Part shown: positions 13,824-23,625 of the stretch, piece after piece | Layout of the letters: the number at the start of each line of letters is the position of its first letter | Numbering within the stretch: the stretch's first letter is position 1 | Assembly (NCBI GenBank): GCA_013239625.1 | Contig: MU053652.1 | Location: 6,873,902-6,937,901 of the forward strand | Direction: 5' to 3' | From: Lama guanicoe | Taxonomy: Eukaryota | DNA length: 64,000 bases | Translations under genes and position numbers: made by a program | Notes under the pieces: model-generated | What the model was told of the DNA's origin: nothing | Seen by the model: the letters and a program-made list of their open reading frames with translations, nothing else | The model's database searches: none

Positions 13824-14410
13824 ATTTACATAAAGAAACAGGGCTCAAAGGGCATAATCTCGATCCGCCTATTGGGTTACAGCTCCCCTCTCTTCGGAGG
13901 GTGGCAGGGGGTTTCTCCCACACTGTGCAGATTCAAGCAGCCCTTAGGTGGCGGCTGACGCTGCCTGCAGGATCTGGCAGAAACCAGCTCTCTAGCTGTG
14001 AAGGAGCCCACCGAGCCCAAGGCTTTTCTCCCCTCCATCTTTTCTCATTCTCTCCTCTATCGCTCTATCTCTTTGGACTCGAGAAGATCCACCAAGGCGA
14101 CCACTCGGACATCCAAATTAAGTGGCAAGTAATTGGCAACCTGATTAGGTGGCGCTTCCCCTCCATGGCTCTTTGAGCCCAATTCCACCTCTCTACATGG
14201 GGTTGGTCTGGTTCTGGGACGCCAAAACTGTGAAAGGGGGCCCAAATTGGGGAGTCCCCCTTTAAAAATTTGTGGCCCCACTCTCCCAGAGCGCCCTCAG
14301 GTCATACGGCCTCATTGCATCCATAGGTGGGAGTCATAGGCAGGCACTCCCTTTGCAGATCTCAGGTTTTGCACCCCTAAATGAGAGTTACCGGTGAGTG
14401 CTCTGTTCAC

Positions 14411-14533
14411 GGGTCATAGGTTTTCACACCCCTCAGTGGGTTTACCGGTTTTCACATCCCTCAGTGGGGTCGCAGGTTTTAGCATCCCTTGGTGGGGTCA
14501 CAGGTTATAGTGCCCCTGAGTGGGAGTCGCAGG
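14411..14533 (+). repeat. ~28-bp tandem repeat (~4.4 units) in the proviral leader
   Basis: gggtcataggttttcacacccctcagt / gggtttaccggttttcacatccctcagt / ggggtcgcaggttttagcatcccttggt / ggggtcacaggttatagtgcccctgagt / gggagtcgcagg. Confidence 0.85.
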
Positions 14534-14790
14534 CAGACACTTATTGGTCTAAGAGGCATTGTGGCTATAACAGTCCTTTTTCGTTCTAAATTTCCACCTT
14601 TCAAAGCTATTTGTTTCTCTTTCACAAAACGTAATTTGCTTAGTTGACTCAGGACCTAGGTCTCCTCCTTCCCTCTAAAGGATTTAGTCTCTGGGACTCT
14701 AGTCACCTTTTCTCCCTCTGGCCCTTGCTCCTTTCCTTAACTAGTCTAAAGGAGCCACCTCAGGCTCATGGATAGGACATCCTAACCAAA

Positions 14791-16300
14791 ATGGGGACAA
14801 CTACAAGTATCCCAAAGGACTCCCAGCTAGGATGCATATTAATTAATTGGAAAAAGTTTAAAAAGGATAGTTTAAAGAAAAAGGAATTAATTTTCCTTTG
14901 TAATACCAGGAGACCAAGAAGTCTGGCCAAAGAATGGATCATTAAATTATAATACCATCTTGCAGCTAGGCCTATTTTGTAAAAGAGGCAGTAAATGGGG
15001 GGAAATCCCATATGTCCAAATGTTCCTGACCCTATACCAAAACCCAGGTCTAAGGAACTCCTGCCGGATGTTCCTGGCCCGCATCCCCTCAAAGCATCTC
15101 CTCCCACAGGAGCTTAATATTCTAGATGACCCCCTTACGAGTCCAGCTCCCCAAGGTCCACAGCCAGAGGTTCCTACTTCCCCCAGCTCTGAGGGGGAAC
15201 AGTCTTCCCCACCATCTCCCTCAGCAGAGGAGAGTCCTGCCAGCACTACTCAAAGTGGGGCCACCTACCAACCCCCTGCTACCAAACTCTGCCCCTTAAG
15301 GGAAGTGCCAGCCGGAGATGGAGGAACAATCCGAGTTCACGTCCCCTTTTCTATGACTGATTTGGCTACTTGCAAGGAAAAATTTGGACGTTTCTCTGAG
15401 GACCCCAGTAGGTTCATGGAGGAATTTGCTAGGCTAACAATTGGCTATGAGCTGACCTGGGGGGACCTACAGGTCCTCCTTTCAACCTGCTGCACTTTCG
15501 AGAAAAAAGGCCGGATCCTCAGCACAGCATGGGCTCCCAATGATCAGGGACACATAATCTACCTTACTGAGGGGGATTCAATCCCTGACCAAGACCCCCA
15601 CTGGAACTACCAACAGGAAGGCAGAGGGCTTGAACACAAAAGCCATATGATAACTTGCCTCATAGAGGGGATGAAAAAATGTGTTGTTAAGCCCATCAAC
15701 CATGACAAAGTAAGGGAAGTAACACAGGGAAAAGATGAGAATCCAGCCCTTTTCCAGGGCTGCTTAGTGGAGGCCTTTAAAAGATACACTAATATTAACC
15801 CCGAAGCCCCTGAGGGGGAAGCCCTGGTAAACACCCATCTCATCACTCAGTCGGCCCCAGACATCAGGGGACAATTACAAAAGGCAGCTCTGGGGCCCCA
15901 GACCCCCATGAATCAGCTCATGGAGCTGGCGTTTGGAGTATTTAACAATAGAGACAGGGTTGAAGAGGTAAGAAGGATCCAGGGACAACAGCGAAAGGCA
16001 CAATTCCTAGTGGCTTCCTTAACCCCTGCACCACCTCGGGGTTACCCTCCTTCAAGAAGACCCATGGAGAGGACAGGATTCAGGATGCCTGGATCAGAGC
16101 CACTGTCTTGCCAAAAAGGGACCTGTTTTAAGTGCAGGTAGGAGGGCCACTGAAAAAACGAATACCCCATGTATGGGGACAGTCCACTGGGACTCTGCCC
16201 TATATGCAAACAAAAAGGCCACTGGAAGCGGGACTGCCTCCAGTCCCGAAGGGGGCTTGGGCTCCCAAACCAATGATGGCTGAAACAACTGAAGACCAAT
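14791..16300 (+). pseudogene. gag: ERV gag (MA-CA-NC), disrupted
   Basis: Starts MGTTTSIPKDSQLGCILINW at ATG 14791; frameshift ~14907; long open frame 14960-16141 with 'RVHVPFSMTDL' and MHR 'VTQGKDENPALFQGCLVEAF'; knuckles CFKCR*EGH*KNEY and CPICKQKGHWKRDC with premature stops. Confidence 0.95.
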
Positions 16301-16612
16301 GGGGCCCAGGACCCTCCCTGGCTCCCACAGGACACCTGGTCATCTCTCCGGAGGAGCCTTGGGTAACCCTTGACGTGGCAGGTAGAAAAGTTATCTTCTT
16401 ATGAAATATGGGAGCTGCCTACTCTGTGCTGCCTGATTTCCCTGGACCCTTGTCCTCCCTGTTCTGTGTAGTAATGGGAATTGACAAAAAGCCCCAAACC
16501 AAGCGATTTACATCTCCCCTTAGCTGCCTGCTAGAAAATTTTACCTTTGCACATCAGTTTCTGCTCATGCCTCAGTGCCCCATCCCCTTGTTGGGAAGGG
16601 ATTTACTCACTG
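16301..16612 (+). pseudogene. pro: ERV protease, inactivated
   Basis: 'EPWVTLDVAGRKVIFL*NMGAAYSVL' (DTG catalytic motif degraded to NMG, preceded by a stop) and C-terminal 'CPIPLLGRDLL'. Confidence 0.93.
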
Positions 16613-18001
16613 AATTCCAGGAAAAAATTCTAAAACTCCTAAAAGCAGTCCAGCTTCCAATTCAGGTTGCATTCATACACTGCAAGGGCCACCAAAAGGG
16701 TGATTCTTCCCTTATAAAGGGAAATGTCCTCACAGATAAGGCTGCGAAAGTTGCAGACAGAGAACAGCCGGTCTGACAAGCTGCAGTTCTCCTACCTGAG
16801 GATCAGCCTCTCCCAAGGGTGCCATCCTATACGCCTGAAGAGGTCAAATGGGTAAACACAGGGGGCTGGAAAAGAATCTCTCAGGGTGGCTGACAAAAGA
16901 TAACAAGCTTCTCATTCCTGGGGACAAACAATGGAAAATAATTAAGCATCTCCATGAGCCCACCCACCTAGGGCGGGACTCCATGCTCAGACTAATCTCT
17001 CAAGTGTTCCTAGGCAAGGGACCGTCCCAAATGGTTAAGGAAGTCACTAGGACCTGTGAACTTCCTGCCTGCAATGTCCCATGGAGACACCCTATACCCC
17101 CACCTCTACTCCAGCCCACACAACATCAGGGAACTTATCCAGGGGAAGACTGGCAAATGGACTCTACCCAGATGCCCCCTTGTAAGGGATGGAAATACCT
17201 GTTGGTATTCATAGAGACCTTCACAGGATGGGTAAAAGCTTTCCCCACCAGAACGGAAAAAGCAATAGAAATGTCAAATTTTCTGCTCAAAGAAATAATC
17301 CTAAGATTTGAGCTACCAAAAAGCTTACAGAGTGATAATGGACCCTCCTTCACTGCTAAGGTGATTCAACAGGTTTCCTCCGCTCTGGGTATTAACTATC
17401 GCCTCCCCTCTTCCTGGAGGCCTCAATTCTCAGGCAAGGTGGAAAAAATAAATCACGTTCTAAAGAGAATACTTGCCAAGCTATGCCTTGAGACTTCAGA
17501 AACCTGGGTCCCCCCTCTCGCCTGTAGCCCTTCCAAGAACAAGAATGGCCCCTCAGGGAATTTTAAAACTTAGCCCATTAGAAATGATGTATGGAATGCC
17601 CCTTTTAATGTCAGATTTCTTGTTTAATGAGGAGACCAATAGATTAGTTTCCCACATTGTTAGCTTAAGTCAAGTTCAAAAGGCTCTCCAAGAATATGGA
17701 AACAAAGTGTTGCCCTTTCCCACAGAGGAAAAGGCTGAAGTCCCTGTCCAATCAGGGGACTTTGTCTTACTAAAAACATGGAAGGAGGGGGTCCCCTGAA
17801 GACCAGCTGCAGCCACAATGGAAGGGACCATGCCAGGCATTACTGGGCACCCCAGCTGCCGTTAAGCTGCGAGGGGTCGCTAGTTGGGCACAGCTGTCCA
17901 TAATAAAGCCTGTAACTTACAAGCCCCAACAGGAGCCAGGAGAGACCTACACTTGCGAGGCAATAGAAGATCTCAGGGACCTGTTTAATGAAAACAAATA
18001 A
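16613..18001 (+). pseudogene. pol: ERV pol remnant: RNase H C-terminus plus integrase (RT missing)
   Basis: 'ILKLLKAVQLPIQVAFIHCKGHQKG...GNVLTDKAAK' (RNase H end); IN 'HLHEPTHLG', 'WQMDSTQM', 'LQSDNGPSF', 'GKVEKIN', C-terminal 'LQPQWKGP'; frameshifts near 16850 and 17510 and in-frame stops. Confidence 0.93.
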
Positions 18002-18092
18002 TATCGTGTAGGGGTGATTACAAATGTTTAACTATGCCTTTTAAGTCTTTTTGTTGTTACAGACTGTCAGACTGCTGTTACAAAGGTGCTTC

Positions 18093-18506
18093 TGTGAAGG
18101 AAAAACCGGGCTGGGCTAACAAGATAACTCACAAATCTAAGTATTGGAACACTGATCTGAGTTCTGCTGGACTAACTTGTCAATCTAGGTTAATTAGTGT
18201 TGGTTTGCTGTTCATGTTTTTTTGCTAGCCAGCTGGGTTTTCAAAGATACGTATCTGGCTTTGGAATGTTGGTTTGCTGCCTCCCCGCTTCCGCTTTTGT
18301 GATGCTGCTGCTGCTAAAGCTGTTCCATGCCTATTGGCCGAATACCCCAAGCTTGTACTTTACCCTATAAAACCTCATGTACACGTCTTGCAGGTGCTCA
18401 GAGCTTTGGAGCAGAAGCCCCTCTGAGCCCGCCGGCGTAATACATCTGAGTACTCCAACCCTCCGAGTGGTGCTTGTTTCTTGACTGGCCTGTCGTTTCC
18501 GTAACA
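18093..18506 (+). mobile_element. Nested solo LTR of a different ERV family inserted in the env remnant
   Basis: TGTGAAGGAAA...TTTCCGTAACA imperfect terminal inverted repeats; perfect 4-bp TSD CTTC (18089-18092 / 18507-18510); TATA 'ctataaaa' ~18365; no similarity to the host LTRs. Confidence 0.9.
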
Positions 18507-18783
18507 CTTCATCTTTAAAAGAATTCGTCAGAAGCCAATGGAAACAGTGGGTTACAGCAGCCCCGCATCAGATGGAGGCTATGTGAGGATTCCAGCCCAC
18601 ACCCTCAGCCCTTGGATGCAAAAACAAAAGTCTGTCCTGCCCCTGGGGCCCCTAGATTAGGCATTCAGAGATTTTTTACTTCCTGATAGGCAGGGTCAAC
18701 GCCCCTACTCAGCCTGGAAGCAGTTTCAGAAGACAGATCTTCGCCTCTCTGCAACCCCGTAAGATTATGAGAGTAAAATCTCT

Positions 18784-18792
18784 GAGGGGGAA
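18784..18792 (+). promoter_or_regulatory. Polypurine tract
   Basis: GAGGGGGAA immediately before the TG of the 3' LTR. Confidence 0.8.
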
Positions 18793-19426
18793 TGAGACAG
18801 GATGGAAGGGGGCAGGGCACAGCCATGCAAGGAATGCCACAGCAATTAACATCAAAATGGTGAAAGATTCAACCCCCAGGAGGCCTTGAGGCCCAAGACG
18901 GTGGGAGATTTGACTTCTAGCAGATCTTGAGCTTCATTATACGCTCATTGTAATATATTATCATGATGAATAACACGCCCACAGGCACCATGGCAGTCCC
19001 AAGGCTAGCCACAAAAGGTCAAAGAGTGGGAAATGGCCAACTTCCTGGGAATCCCAGCCCCTTTCCCAGGCTACTTAGACTGGTCCTTTCACTTATTAGC
19101 ATATGAAGCCACCAAGCCCATAAAAACCAGCAACACGGCACCTCGTGGCCACCCTTCTCTCCCCCTCTTCCTAGAAGGCCTGTATTCTGTCTATGGAGTG
19201 TGTACCTACTTTTATTCTGAGCATCCAGCCCCCACACCTTATGGCCTTTCTCTTGCCTTCCAATGTATCTCTCTGAATAAATCTACCTTCACTCAACTGT
19301 GGCTCGCTCTTGAATTCTTTCCTGTGCGGAGCCAAGGACCCACACTTGGCGGGGGCACGTCCCAGGGGCTCAACTGAGACCTGGGACACAGCCCTCCTCA
19401 CGCCCCACATCTGTTTTCCTGCATCA
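18793..19426 (+). repeat. 3' LTR
   Basis: TG...CA termini; direct repeat of the 5' LTR; AATAAA ~19276. Confidence 0.97.
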
Positions 19427-19440
19427 CATCTATTCACTCT

Positions 19441-19687
19441 ATTTTTTTTATTTTTTTTTACTGAGGTATAGTCAGTTTACAATATTCTGTCAATTTCTGG
19501 TGTACAGTACAAAGCTTCAGTCATACATGAATATACATATATTCATTTTCACATTCTTTTTCACTGTAAGCTACCACAAGATATTGAATATGTTTCCTTG
19601 TGCTACACAGTATAAACTTGCTTATCTATTTTATACATAGCAGTCAGTATCTGCAAATCTCAAACTCCCGGTTTATCCCTTCCCACC
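19441..19687 (-). mobile_element. Young L1 3' end with poly(T) and 11-bp TSD
   Basis: TSD CTATTCACTCT (19430-19440 / 19688-19698); homologous to copies at 11160 and 28461. Confidence 0.9.
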
Positions 19688-19698
19688 CTATTCACTCT

Positions 19699-19928
19699 TG
19701 AATATGATGCTTGGATTAGCTGAAGGCATCAAAACCTTCAAAAGCACGGAAACAGAATGAGCAGAGAAACCACACAAGTGCCCCAATATCCCTGGACTTC
19801 ATTATCTAGCGTTGTGACAGTCCTCCTTCCAGAATTCTTGTAAGAGAGATCACTAAGCCCACTGTAAAATTACTCTTGTGTGTGTGCATCTTTCATTTAT
19901 GGTAGTATCAATATTCTAAAGGATATAA
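19699..19928 (+). mobile_element. MLT1-type LTR, right piece
   Basis: 'tcctccttccagaattcttgtaagagagatcactaagccc...catttatggtagtatcaatattctaaaggatata' resembles an MLT1 3' end. Confidence 0.45.
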
Positions 19929-19929
19929 A

Positions 19930-20520
19930 GCAGCATTCAAGCTGAGGCATGAATGACAAAAAAACAAAAGCCCAAATAACAACCAGCTATAACAAAGTCA
20001 GAGAGAAATGTATTCCAGACAGAGAAAACCACTAGTTCAAAGAACGTATGGCTGGAACACACCTTCCAAAAAGAAAACAGCGTGTGTTCTGGGGCTTAAG
20101 GGGAAGCATGAGAGCAAAGAGGAGGTCAGAGCTGCAACAGGATCCGACGGAGAAGGGGTTTGTTAGTCAGGAGGTAGGTGTTGGACTTTATCCTAAAGGT
20201 GTGGGAGCCATTCAAGTGTTCTAATCCAGGGAGTGGCATTCCCAAATTACCATTTTAAAGAAATCACACTAGTTGCTGTGTGTGGAGAGTAGAGAAGCAA
20301 AAGTGAAAAGAAGGTGGCCCACTGATACAGCACTGAGGAAGTTTAGGTAAGAGACAAGAGTGAGAAGGATTTGATAACAACAGTGGAGAAGAATAGAAGT
20401 GAATAGATGTGATATTTATTTTGCAGGACCTGTAAGACCTAACAATGGATTGGCTAGCTGAGTGAATAAAGAGAAGAAAAAGAAAGACTCCTCAGTTCTT
20501 TCGTTGGCCTTTTACCTAAA
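19930..20520 (-). mobile_element. L2 LINE, continuation
   Basis: 'tattccagacagagaaaacc...ggactttatcctaaaggtgtgggagccatt...attttaaagaaatcacact...'. Confidence 0.7.
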
Positions 20521-20794
20521 ATGGGCCCAAATATTTAGACATGAGAAGAGTGAATAAATATTGCATAAAATACATTATCTGGCATGAAAAAAATTAAACT
20601 TCTCTTTATATAAGTCAAACATTTTGCTCATATAAAAGAAGTGTCACTAAATATCTGCTGTAAATTAGATTTTGTGGCCCTGATTAGGGATTAAAAGTGT
20701 ACACTAGATACAACCCCCATCTAGAAGGTATTCAAGGACTTGAGAGATAGTCATGTCAATGTGAATGAAACATACTGCAAACCACATCAGTAAA

Positions 20795-21229
20795 CGAAGA
20801 ATGCCGAAACCCTCAAGTCATCAGCGGCTGCCGCCACCCCGCCAAGTGACGACAAGCCTGCAGCCCGGCCTCTGCAGCCACTCACAATGGTGCACCCTGA
20901 GGGGACTCGGAATAAGAAAGGACAGGATGCTGGCCCTAGATAGCTAGGTGCTTGTCAAAGGAACGAATTCAATGAGCCTAAATATTTGCTTCCTCCCATA
21001 CATAGAAAAGCGCTAAGTTGTTCAACTTGAGATGCCTGGTTTTCTTTAGATAACAAGTAACCTTTTATTGTTCCAACTACCTGGTCTTTGTTGTAAAGCT
21101 CCTATATATCCTAGCTCCTCATCTTCGGAGCCTCAGAGCGATCTGAGAGGCTGTCATCCCGGCTCAAGTCCTCCTGCCAAATAAAACATGACTCTCAACT
21201 TTTAGGCTGCGCATTTATTTCAGTTGACA
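20795..21229 (+). mobile_element. ERV1 solo LTR (artiodactyl LTR39/MER34-like)
   Basis: Ends 'aataaaacatgactctcaacttttaggctgcgcatttatttcagttgaca'; TATA 'cctatatat'; probable TSD TAAA (20791-20794 / 21230-21233), first base C instead of T. Confidence 0.8.
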
Positions 21230-22039
21230 TAAATAACTACTGTAAATTGTCGTAAATGCCTCCAAGACTCTATAGGTACCCAGCATAGTAACTGCATAAT
21301 TTTAGGTGTTTTTTGCTCAACAAGTAGGTTGGAAACTTTCTTAGAGTAGGACATGTTTCTTTTACTTCTTTTTTACCCCCATAGTACCAAGAATTGTATA
21401 AGGGAATATGAGTAAAATGCTCACAGAAGTTTGAAAGTTCAGATTTGTATAGTTAACTCCCATGCATTTCCTAATAAAGGAATAATGGCAAATTCTAAGC
21501 AAAGCTCCTTTGGAAAAAATACTTTGTTCTATTGCAAAGACCAAAATCAATACCTGAAGAAGACTGGCTCTTCTTTGGCAATACCACTGCATTATGGTAC
21601 ACACAGTCTGACACAATTCCTCCATCAATAAAACAAGGTATATGTCTCATGGCCAAAGACTATTAAGTAAAAAGGTGTGTCTTACGTATATAGGTAAAAT
21701 AATATTTATTTTAGCTTTTATACATCTGAATTATAACATTGTTTTCCTTGAAAGAGCTCTATATTCTAGTTTAACTCTTTGTTTAAAATGGGTTAAAGTA
21801 AAGCTGTTCAAGACAGGGCCTCTGCATCCTACTGAGATCAGAATCATCAGAGCATCTGTCCTTCAAAACAAGAATGAAGCCAAGTATGCAAATACCTTCT
21901 ATGTGCTGAGGGAGGACGTGTAAGTGACCTGATCCTTTGGCCAACTGGCAATTGCCATGTTGGTGAGTTCAATGATTTTTTCAACTTTCGCTGGAAGGGA
22001 AAATAAGAAAATTCTTTCTTGTTAGACAAGATAGTCTCG

Positions 22040-22041
<2 letters not shown>

Positions 22042-22072
<31 letters not shown>
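22042..22072. repeat. (TA)n microsatellite
   Basis: Directly visible. Confidence 0.95.
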
Positions 22073-22075
<3 letters not shown>

Positions 22076-23049
22076 AAATATATATTTTGCTGGGTAACTT
22101 GTTTGCTGATTTTAGGGGGAGAAAGGCCTAAAGTTAATCGGCTCTGCCCTCATTACTGCAGTCAGTGGAAATCATTACAGTTGGCTGCAGGGGACACAAG
22201 GATAATTTGTCCATCCAAGAAAAGAAATTAAACATTGCAAAAACAAAAATTGTAACACTGCAGTGTGGTATGAAAAGACCAGCCTTCTTAAATTGCACAC
22301 AAATGTTTTAGTTCTAAGCAAGAAATGCAAAAAGTAACGTATCCCTGGAGTAAATTATAACCTTTTTTGATCTTTTAAAACTCAGGTTTGTTGCTTTGCT
22401 AAGAACGATGCCATTTGTTATGAGCTTAAATTTGTTGCTCCACATGCCATTCTTTCCTTTGTCATATTTTAACTCCCCCTTCCTACATTACTATAAAAGA
22501 CATTTACAAAACAGATACTCTTTGCAGGACTTTTAGACAAGCTCAAATGCCAGAAGCACTGAACTCCATTTGGTAGATATATAACAGGATGTTTTAATTT
22601 CTAACCTGAAGCAGCTCATCCAGAGATGTAAAATGCCAAGGGGAACAATCTATTGTTGAAATGTACTTTTCAGACAGATCCATTTAAGAATAGCCTGATT
22701 AATAAATACAAAGTTTTTTGTTGGGTCAGTCATGATAAAGCAAAGTGCTATCTTTGCGTTTGACCCAACTCTGGTTGAGAATCAGCATTAACCAAAGGCC
22801 AGTCTTTCTCTACATTAAAAAAGTAAAATTTTTTCTCTACTTAAATATAACATTACCTGAATGCCCTAAACAAATGCATTTCTCTCAAATTCATTTAGGT
22901 CCCCTCACAGAATAACAAGAATGTAACCAAGTAAAGTTAAGTTTCCTCTAAGGTTTGGTTTTCTCACTTATTTTCTTTCTTCTCTTTACTCCTTCCTTCC
23001 CTCCCTCCCTCCTTCTCTAACTCCCTACACATTCTAGTGAAGATAGCTG

Positions 23050-23625
23050 AACAATGAAACAGATGGCATATCTGAAAATAAGTGCTATGAAGAAAAAAAT
23101 ACAGCAGGGATGGAGAATTGGCTGATAAGAAGGAATGTTTACTATTTTATAAAGGGTAATTAAGGGTGGTCTTATTAAAAAGGTGACAATTGAGAAGACC
23201 TGAGTGAGACTTACAAGGCTAACTGGCAAAAGGCCATTCCAGGAAGAGGGAGCAGTCCGAAAATCTGCAGTTAGAGGATGGTTGACGTGTTCAACAAAGG
23301 GAAGGCTAGTCAATGAGGCTAGAGCCCGTGGGCTGGGTGAAGAGTATGAGCTGATGATGTTAAAGGGATATAGGATCATGGAGTGTGAAAACATGTATAG
23401 TCATGCAAGTTGCTGTGATGACTTTAGATTATCCAACTCTGAGTTTAAAAACCCATAAAAGATTTTGGAAAGAGGAGAGACATGTTTTAAATGGATCACT
23501 CTGGCCTCCACACTTATAACACCCTGAACAGGAACAAGGCCAAAGAATGTGAAAAATGGTGATGATCTAGACTAAGGGGGCCCCAGTGGAGGTGGTGAGA
23601 ACTGGTTGAATTCTTTTTTCTATTT
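23050..23625 (-). mobile_element. L2 LINE fragment
   Basis: 'aagtgctatgaagaaaaaaatacagcaggg...aaggtgacaattgagaagacctga...ccattccaggaagagggagcag...ggatcactctggc...cagtggaggtggtgagaactgg'. Confidence 0.8.

Larger units (their letters stand above)
13177..19426 (+). mobile_element. Class I (gamma-like, ERV9/HERV-W/H-related) endogenous provirus, defective: RT deleted, env largely deleted
   Basis: Two ~630-bp direct-repeat LTRs starting TGAG, PBS, gag, pro, RNase H remnant, integrase, PPT; probable 4-bp TSD CACC (13173-13176) / CATC (19427-19430). Confidence 0.97.

Noticed and set aside
13416..14281. ORFs in the LTR and leader (also 19033-19377)
   Set aside because: Incidental frames in LTR/leader sequence; the two LTR copies diverge in frame and show no protein motifs.
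14411..14533. CRISPR-like appearance of the 28-bp repeats
   Set aside because: Contiguous degenerate units without unique spacers, inside an ERV leader in mammalian DNA.
18002..18783. Intact or co-opted env (syncytin-like)
   Set aside because: Only ~370 bp of non-insert sequence lies between IN and the PPT; no furin site, immunosuppressive domain or CX6CC motif is visible.
20754..20794. Alternative LTR start at TGTCAA (inverted match to the terminal TTGACA)
   Set aside because: No TSD at that position; the TAAA duplication and the composition shift favour 20795.
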